Below, in pieces: positions 57,184-64,000 of a DNA stretch of 64,000 nt. Position numbers and translations under genes: made by a program. The notes below the pieces were generated by a model, which saw nothing but the letters and a program-made list of their open reading frames with translations, ran no database searches and had not been told where the DNA came from. How positions within the stretch are numbered: position 1 is the stretch's first letter; every line of letters starts with the position of its first letter. The DNA lies in the IMG/VR virus record IMGVR_UViG_3300042402_007915, positions 1 to 64,000 of that record; one strand, given 5' to 3'. The DNA comes from a virus.

Positions 57184-60100
57184 TGGCATTTGAATCGTTT
57201 AGGGGCCCAGACATTTGGAGCAGTGAAGAGGCTCCGAACTCAAATGCAAACCTGTACAACTCGGGACAGTTCGCCGTTGCTGCAGCAGTAGCCGGTGGGG
57301 GTCTTTACGCTGGGTACAAGTTTAACAATAACTCGATGTACCCAATGATTGAAGGTGCGTCAGATAAGTTTAGACGTATTGGTAACCTGACCCCCTTTCA
57401 GCTTGCGAACACTTTCCGTATCCCTGAGTTTTTGTCTTTCTTTACGTCAGCCCAGTACAAGAATCGGGTCCTAAATCTAAGTGGCAACGCTTCTCCTGTT
57501 TCAGGAGTAATTGAGTGGGGTCGTGATGCTCTACAGAACGAAGACACTGCCGATTACATTTCTAGTATTACCGGGAGAAGTAGGAATGAGTTGGCGGCTC
57601 TTGGGTTCGAGCCCACTCGTATCAAGAATCTTGTTGGTGCTGACAACGCCAAACTGTCTTGGGAAGCAACCGGTGCAGGCAGAGGACGGCTCTCGTTTGT
57701 TCAGAGCCTAAGTGGTGTAGAAAGTCGGGCTCTTCTTTCTGAGGACATTGCTGTCGGTGCTTTCTCTCATGAGGTTAATGCTGCTGCTGGCGGGCACAAG
57801 GGAGAAGTAAACAAGCTAACCGAAGGAATGATGCGGGCGGCTGGCGTTGGGGAACGAACCGACGACTCCGTCAACAAGATCCTAAGAAGTTATACCGCCT
57901 CTGGAAGTACTGCACCCTCGTTTATGCCAGTACCGTCCATGTTGGGAAGGCTTGATAGCTTTGAGGACCTAGCACGACGCAGTACGATCCTTCGAGGTAT
58001 CTACTCGTTCTCTGCAAACCGCTTTAATGAGCTTATGGAAACGTTCGTCGACACTATGGGCGGCGACAAGACCAAAGAGTTCATGCGGAATGTTTTGGGT
58101 GTTAATCCTAAAGTCAAAGGCGGTACCGCAAGCTCTCTTATAGCTCGTTATGCGGGTAGAGCAGCAGCTTTTGGAGGAGCTGTTCTTGCCGTTGACCAGC
58201 TCGATTGGTTTAGGCGTCAGCACTCCTTCGGCCAAGTCTTTTCCTCTGGGGTAATGTCTGCAGGCTTTGCCTATGCCGCCCAAAAGATGGGCCATACTAG
58301 AGTCGCCAAGTATGGGGCCGCTGCTACTTTCTTGGGTCAGTTGATCCTTCCCGGTTTTGATGAAGGTGTTGTACCTGGAGTAGCAAGTAGTCTTGCGTCC
58401 TTGGACGTAATAAGAGGCTCGCCCCTTAACCCAATGACCCACTACAGAAGGGCGGTGGAAGGTCTGCTCCCCGGATTTACTGGGTTTGAGTTTACTGCGC
58501 TTACAGGTGCAGCTGCCCTTCTTGCAACTTCTATTCGGTCTCCAATTAGCGGACAGACCTTAGCGGAGAAAATCTTCTCAAAGTACGGAAACATTGTAGG
58601 TGTCGGACATGGAAATATCGACAACTACTATGGCGTAAACAAAGAAGCTCTCAGCCCAAGAGATATCTACTGGAACAAGGTGTCAGAAGCTGTTGACCAG
58701 AAGGTAGGCGCTCCTATTGGAATGGAAAGAAGGACGCTAAAAGAACGAGCTCTGTTATTTAACCGGTTCGAAAAGCTGTTTGGTGCGGACGCAGACTTTA
58801 CTGCCAACTCACTATTCCAAGCAGCAGAGACCGAACACAAAGAGTTGATGCGGAACTCTTTCACTACTTCTGGTGGCATTAACAACCGAATGGTTGAAGC
58901 CTTACGTGGAGTCGCAAGCAAATACCAAGGTCAAGGCTTGGGCAAGAAAGTAATGATGAACGTAGAAGGGTTTGGCGTTCAGTTACTGTATTCGGTGTTT
59001 GGCGCGGACGCTTCTTACAACAAGGACATTAGATCTGCGATCAAAGGTTTGGGTTTTAAGGGACCGGTTGGTTCGTTTGGTAAGCTCCTGACCGTTGCTG
59101 GTGCAGGTATGGCCGCCCATTCTATTCTCTCGGGTAACCTGCTTGGTTCATTAGCAGGCTCTGAAGAGCTGTCTAGAATCTATTCAGGTGAACAGTTAGT
59201 TGAGGTGAAGAGTTCTAGGGCCTGGGAAGCTGGTGGTACTCCTTTTGAGGGAGGTGAAACTTCTTACTTCAGACCACACCAGTTAGCGTTGATGAGGAGT
59301 AGGGCAAGAGAGAAGGCGGTTTGGGGTGAGAATGAAGACGAGATTTCGCCTCTGAAGAAGTTCTTCATTAAGAACTTCACTTATGACCTCGAGAGAATGA
59401 ATTACTACAGGCGGCCTTATCAGATGACAGGGTCTGCATTCCAAGACGTCCCTATTGTTGGTGATATCTTGGCAGGCTCTGTTGGGCAGTTAATCAAGCG
59501 CGCAAGGCCGATGCATTTGGGTGAGTGGGTTCGTGAGGGCGAGTCCGGTTTGGAGTACGCCTCTTTGTTCAAGGGGGCAAAGGCCGAGCCGGCTTATGCG
59601 CTTGGGGCGCCTAAGCCTGGCGCTCCTGTCAGTCCGTTTGCAGCCGGTGAAATTGCCAAGCAGATGGTGTACCAGTTTAGAGAAATTGAAGGTATGACGG
59701 GATGGGCCAAGAACATCATCCAGCAGACGCTCACGGGTTCAGCTCAATGGGAGAACCCGGCTCAGTCTATTGCAACCTCAAACGAGATGGACTCGACAAA
59801 GCGTAACTTCTGGGAGATGAACTTAGGAGGCGCACTCTTCAGCAACGAAATCATGCGCCGTATCCTTCCTCCAGACAGACAGGGGTTAGTAAAACAAAAC
59901 GCAATTCGTAACGACATGCCTTACTGGTTGCCAGATAAATTCCACTATGGCGATCCATTCACACAGGTTGAATGGGGAGACGCAAGACTTCCAGGTGCAG
60001 GTTACGAGGCACTACATCCAGAACTAAGGGGAATGGACCCTAACGACTACCCACTAATTGCAAGGTACGCAATCTTGGGAGACGTAGCACCTACTTCATA

Positions 60101-61280
60101 CGAGTTTAACAAAACCCAAAGAGAGGTTTATAAGAAACGGTACGAAGGTGGTTACAACAAAGAGCAAGAGGTACTGATTGATACTGTAGCGGCTAATGCA
60201 GCATCAGTAATCTCAAAGCTGGATTTCAGAAGGAATGACCCTAACGCGTATAACACGGCACTGACACCGATAACAGGCGGCCTCTTCCATTCTCTCCTCT
60301 CGGTAGCAAGAGAAGTAGCAGCACCTGCTGAGTACTTATTCCCAATGGGTTTCCGCCCAATGCAGAAACTTACTGGACAACTAAGAACCCCAATTGAAGA
60401 GTACGAACACAGAAGAATGTACGGAACAAATATGGCCTTCTGGGATAAGCCAATCCGAGACTGGTTCCGTCCTGCTGCTTACAGTGCTGCTCACCTTGCG
60501 GGCTTTGATGGGAAGCCTGGCTGGAGAACAGAAGCAGATGCGGCGTCTCAAAGATTCGACCAAATTGAATTTGTAAAGTGGATGCGTCTTGCACAGACAG
60601 CTAAAGAAAATGGTCTCAAGAATGAAGAGAACCAATACCTCTGGGCTGCTCAGCAGACCCGCGCAGGAGTAAACCCTCAAGGCTCCCCCCTTGCCATTTA
60701 CTGGGCTCTCCCTGCCGAGGACAGAGCCTTTATGGACGCGTTCGCAAGGGCTGCACCTACTGAGAGGGGACGTATCCTAGAAATGGTTCCTAAGGACCAG
60801 CAGCACCTCTACAAGGCCTTGTGGAGTCGACTCGACAGTGGAGATCCAACAGTCCAGTACCCGACAAGTGCCAAGGTAGACGGCTTAGCCTTAGCACAAA
60901 AAGCAGCAGTCCTCGAGCAACAAATAGCTATGCCCAAAGAAGACTGGATTGGCTGGAATCAAGAAGTGGATATTTCAGACATTAAAGTACGCTATGCTCA
61001 AAACCATGCACTTGATCTTCAAGACTATGGCATGTGGGACAAGCAGCTTAAAAAGTCTTATAACCAGTCCTTTCTTGATGGAGCTGAACTAGAAGTGCCT
61101 GTGCCAAGTGCAATCATGGCGCAAGAGATTCGAAACAGCCTTTCATCAATGGGGGGGCCGCTAAATTCGAACTATACAGTCAATACCACGTACGGTATGT
61201 CTAGGGCAAAGATTGCTGTTAACGATGACAGAGAAGGCGCTATTCAAAGGTTAAGAAGGGAGGCTAACTATGGGCTTTGA
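57183..61280 (+). CDS. tape-measure-like large virion protein
   Basis: 1365 aa after the chaperones; Gly/Ala hydrophobic stretches; RLPGAGYE and ILGDVAP motifs. Confidence 0.65.
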   Translation: MAFESFRGPDIWSSEEAPNSNANLYNSGQFAVAAAVAGGGLYAGYKFNNNSMYPMIEGASDKFRRIGNLTPFQLANTFRIPEFLSFFTSAQYKNRVLNLSGNASPVSGVIEWGRDALQNEDTADYISSITGRSRNELAALGFEPTRIKNLVGADNAKLSWEATGAGRGRLSFVQSLSGVESRALLSEDIAVGAFSHEVNAAAGGHKGEVNKLTEGMMRAAGVGERTDDSVNKILRSYTASGSTAPSFMPVPSMLGRLDSFEDLARRSTILRGIYSFSANRFNELMETFVDTMGGDKTKEFMRNVLGVNPKVKGGTASSLIARYAGRAAAFGGAVLAVDQLDWFRRQHSFGQVFSSGVMSAGFAYAAQKMGHTRVAKYGAAATFLGQLILPGFDEGVVPGVASSLASLDVIRGSPLNPMTHYRRAVEGLLPGFTGFEFTALTGAAALLATSIRSPISGQTLAEKIFSKYGNIVGVGHGNIDNYYGVNKEALSPRDIYWNKVSEAVDQKVGAPIGMERRTLKERALLFNRFEKLFGADADFTANSLFQAAETEHKELMRNSFTTSGGINNRMVEALRGVASKYQGQGLGKKVMMNVEGFGVQLLYSVFGADASYNKDIRSAIKGLGFKGPVGSFGKLLTVAGAGMAAHSILSGNLLGSLAGSEELSRIYSGEQLVEVKSSRAWEAGGTPFEGGETSYFRPHQLALMRSRAREKAVWGENEDEISPLKKFFIKNFTYDLERMNYYRRPYQMTGSAFQDVPIVGDILAGSVGQLIKRARPMHLGEWVREGESGLEYASLFKGAKAEPAYALGAPKPGAPVSPFAAGEIAKQMVYQFREIEGMTGWAKNIIQQTLTGSAQWENPAQSIATSNEMDSTKRNFWEMNLGGALFSNEIMRRILPPDRQGLVKQNAIRNDMPYWLPDKFHYGDPFTQVEWGDARLPGAGYEALHPELRGMDPNDYPLIARYAILGDVAPTSYEFNKTQREVYKKRYEGGYNKEQEVLIDTVAANAASVISKLDFRRNDPNAYNTALTPITGGLFHSLLSVAREVAAPAEYLFPMGFRPMQKLTGQLRTPIEEYEHRRMYGTNMAFWDKPIRDWFRPAAYSAAHLAGFDGKPGWRTEADAASQRFDQIEFVKWMRLAQTAKENGLKNEENQYLWAAQQTRAGVNPQGSPLAIYWALPAEDRAFMDAFARAAPTERGRILEMVPKDQQHLYKALWSRLDSGDPTVQYPTSAKVDGLALAQKAAVLEQQIAMPKEDWIGWNQEVDISDIKVRYAQNHALDLQDYGMWDKQLKKSYNQSFLDGAELEVPVPSAIMAQEIRNSLSSMGGPLNSNYTVNTTYGMSRAKIAVNDDREGAIQRLRREANYGL

Positions 61281-64000
61281 TCCATTCACAAGAATGCAAG
61301 AGAAGAAGGAAAGGACTACAGACGGCTTTGCGGTCGCCGCTAGTCTTGCGCCTGCTGTGGGCGTGGCAAGCTATCTTTGGAAGCAGCAAGTGAAGAACGG
61401 CCCCATTAATCCTGTCTCCTCTCTAGGTCTGAAGAATGACACTTCTGACTTCGGTAGAGAACTTGGTAAGGCCCTAAAGCCAAAAGAAAAAAAGGAAGCA
61501 GCAATAAAGGCCTTCCTGGAAGGAGATGCTTTTGCCAAGGTAGTTAGTAAAGCCCAAGACAGAAGAGCCTTAATTCAGTCTGTACTGATTGGACTGGACG
61601 CTGATGAGCTTGGAGTCGACAAGGGAGCCCTTGCTGACCTAAAGGACAAACTTCTTAAAATCGGTGAATTGGACCAAGACGACCTTGCCGATGACCTGAT
61701 TCGTCCTCTCAGGGAGGTCATTGATACGCTTAACACCTCTGGTAACGATTCCATGAGGAGTAAAGTGGCCGAGAACTTCCAGGAGCTAAAAGCGTTCAAG
61801 AAGAAGATTGTTCCGGCCAAGCCTTTTGGCAGTCGTCCCTCTTCGACGAGTTTCAGGGTGCTGGATCAAAGCGCTCTAACTAACTTTGACACCTTCAGGA
61901 CTCAAGTTAGGTCTGCCGGTGCAAACGCAGGAGACGAAGAGCTTTCAAGAATCTTCAATGACCAAGTTGGAAGCATTAAACGGTTTATCGGTACGAATCT
62001 CGATAATGCTCAGCTAGTCGTTGTCGACGCTGCAGCTGGTGTTAAGTCACTAAACCTTAGAATCATGCAGGGTACTAAGGGGAACATGAGACCGGTTATG
62101 AACCTGCCAGTAGCGTTCAACCTCGGCAACACCGATGCGTCGATGCCTAACATCACAAGAATGGGGCGTGACTTTGCTACAGGGTACTTTGTTCCGCAAG
62201 GCGTTATCGACACAAGAGAAATCTTGCATCAGCTTAAGGAGGGAAAGATCACTCCGGGTAACGTAAAGGGTGTTCAGTCGAATATGAAAAGCTTCGGCAG
62301 CTATGCTCTTGGCTTACTAGAAGAACACTTTGAAATGACCCCGAGTGGAAGACTGAAGTCTCGACTTGGCACCACCAACAAAAAAGCACAGTCTGAAATG
62401 TTTGCAGTGCTAAATGCGAACATGGAGAACATGCCTAGGTCTCTGTCTGCGACTCTAGAATCGAATGAAGCTCAGGCCGAATACCAGTCTCATGTTAAAA
62501 AGCGTGCTGGTGCTAAACACAAGACTGTTTTGCTGACTCATGGTGAAGCTCTTACAGATGCTGACTTCAACTATGTGCATACTTCCTTGATTGGTGGAGA
62601 TTCTCCTTTTGACCCTGGTGTTGGTGCTTCTCGTTTGCAGAACATAATTGGTGGTCGCAAGTTTGGTTTGCTTCAGTTGTCGAGTCATTCTGTTCATAGT
62701 CGTTACAGATTGCCGTTTAAGGTGTCGCGTAAAGACGCGCCACTTATTGCTCGACAGGAGCAGGTAGAAGGTCGTATTGGTCAGTTCATTGCTCGAGGTG
62801 GAAAGGAAAACAATCCGACTATCAGAGGCGGACTGACTCTGGGAGAAGAGACAGCCTCTCCTATCCTTGAGGGAATGACGGGACACAAGAACGTACTTGT
62901 TGCAGTTGACGTCACAATGGGAAAAGGAAAGGGCGCTTATTCTGCGGCAGAAAATGAAGGTCAGTACTTTGTTCCAAAGAACAAAGGAGCAGGTCTTGGT
63001 GCCTACATCACAGAGAGCACAATCCCGCTACTCGACCCCGAAGAACACAAGCTTATGTCTTCAGAGCTACTCGAACAATTAAAGGCAGATTTCGAGGCAG
63101 GAAAGCCGCCGCGTTATTTCACGCTTGAAGAGATCGGCAAGCTTAACGGATATCTTGGTCACTCAACGCTTGGTAACAGGACTGTAAGGATTGATCCTCG
63201 TATGCTCGGCGCGTATATGGGTATTGCAGAGACAACAAGTGCTTCTGGAAAGAAGCAAATTCACCTGACATCTCGAGCTGTTAGAAAGGCTAGCGCAGGC
63301 AAAGTCTTCTCCACCTCGACAGTAAAAGGAACTTATAGAGCAACGAGAACTGCTTCTATCCGGCGAGATCTATCTACTTATGGTAGGACTAACTTGGTAG
63401 ACGGAAGACTTGTCAGAGAAGACGTATTCGACCGCATTCTCACTGACGTAAGTGGTGTAAAAAGCGGAGCCGGCCTAAACATCAAGGGTTCGTTTATCAC
63501 GGGCTCTGGAGACGTGCTGAAGAAGTCTGCTGCAAACAGGGCCAACTTCCTATTGACCTCCGCCGCTGTCTCTCTAGGTCAAAAGCACTCCAACCTCCTT
63601 CATGAAATGACTGGTAAAGTAAGCAGCTCGGAAGAACACTCCAGTTACCTGTTTAACAAGATTGCCACAGCTTTCGAAGCGGGACAAATCTCGGAAAGCC
63701 AAGCAGCCAATAGCTTATCTCTACCTTGGTGGGGAGGAGGCAGAGGAACAGGTAAAGGCGCTTACGCTCCGGAAATGAAGTCTATCGCAGATGAAATGCT
63801 TAAGCGTTCGCAAGAGACTACAGAGCAAGGAAAGAAGTGGGCTGCCCTGCTTGAGCTAACAGAAAAAGGACTTCAGGTAGGTGTGGATACTGTCACGCAG
63901 GGTACGGGACACGGAGATTACGGACTGGGTCGCGCATCTATTGAACCGAGAGCAATCGGGTTCATTCGCATGTCTCTCCAGGACATGGGTTTTGACAGCA
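61270..64000 (+). CDS. large virion protein, possible virion RNA polymerase (3'-truncated)
   Basis: ATG 61270 with GGAGG RBS; the frame appears open to the window end (spot-checked, about 910 codons); beta-like motifs GHKNVLVAV...ENEGQYFV and VRKASAGKVFSTSTVKG. Confidence 0.5.
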   Translation, partial: MGFDPFTRMQEKKERTTDGFAVAASLAPAVGVASYLWKQQVKNGPINPVSSLGLKNDTSDFGRELGKALKPKEKKEAAIKAFLEGDAFAKVVSKAQDRRALIQSVLIGLDADELGVDKGALADLKDKLLKIGELDQDDLADDLIRPLREVIDTLNTSGNDSMRSKVAENFQELKAFKKKIVPAKPFGSRPSSTSFRVLDQSALTNFDTFRTQVRSAGANAGDEELSRIFNDQVGSIKRFIGTNLDNAQLVVVDAAAGVKSLNLRIMQGTKGNMRPVMNLPVAFNLGNTDASMPNITRMGRDFATGYFVPQGVIDTREILHQLKEGKITPGNVKGVQSNMKSFGSYALGLLEEHFEMTPSGRLKSRLGTTNKKAQSEMFAVLNANMENMPRSLSATLESNEAQAEYQSHVKKRAGAKHKTVLLTHGEALTDADFNYVHTSLIGGDSPFDPGVGASRLQNIIGGRKFGLLQLSSHSVHSRYRLPFKVSRKDAPLIARQEQVEGRIGQFIARGGKENNPTIRGGLTLGEETASPILEGMTGHKNVLVAVDVTMGKGKGAYSAAENEGQYFVPKNKGAGLGAYITESTIPLLDPEEHKLMSSELLEQLKADFEAGKPPRYFTLEEIGKLNGYLGHSTLGNRTVRIDPRMLGAYMGIAETTSASGKKQIHLTSRAVRKASAGKVFSTSTVKGTYRATRTASIRRDLSTYGRTNLVDGRLVREDVFDRILTDVSGVKSGAGLNIKGSFITGSGDVLKKSAANRANFLLTSAAVSLGQKHSNLLHEMTGKVSSSEEHSSYLFNKIATAFEAGQISESQAANSLSLPWWGGGRGTGKGAYAPEMKSIADEMLKRSQETTEQGKKWAALLELTEKGLQVGVDTVTQGTGHGDYGLGRASIEPRAIGFIRMSLQDMGFDS

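Noticed and set aside
1-64000. Stop-codon reassignment, tRNA genes, introns or inteins
   Set aside because: Genes read intact in the standard code and use all three stops; no cloverleaf or splicing motifs were recognised by eye

Overview
This window is a fragment of a large tailed-phage genome: a contractile-tailed myovirus whose gene order resembles the 0305phi8-36/phage G type. It has two arms. The leftward arm (1-28.9 kb) is an early/accessory region of small genes with many repeated intergenic signals. It encodes a 2OG-Fe(II) oxygenase, a DarG-like macrodomain, a NADAR protein, several proteins ending in SSB-like acidic tails, and a ~1390-aa single-chain two-barrel polymerase of the YonO/QDE-1 type (DDDGD motif). 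The rightward arm (29.3-64 kb) is the morphogenesis region: a TerS candidate, a DEDDh+SNase dual nuclease, TerL, portal, protease, capsid, neck, sheath, three tube paralogues, chaperones, a tape-measure-like protein, and a truncated large ORF with RNAP-beta-like motifs. The main candidate system is a phage-autonomous transcription programme with two probable single-subunit two-barrel RNAPs and three families of repeated cis-elements. The most striking family is about 18 template-strand GAA-triloop hairpins whose spacing matches N4 virion-RNAP promoters; some appear to drive terminator-bounded small RNAs. All calls come from motif reading by eye; no database searches or folding programs were run.
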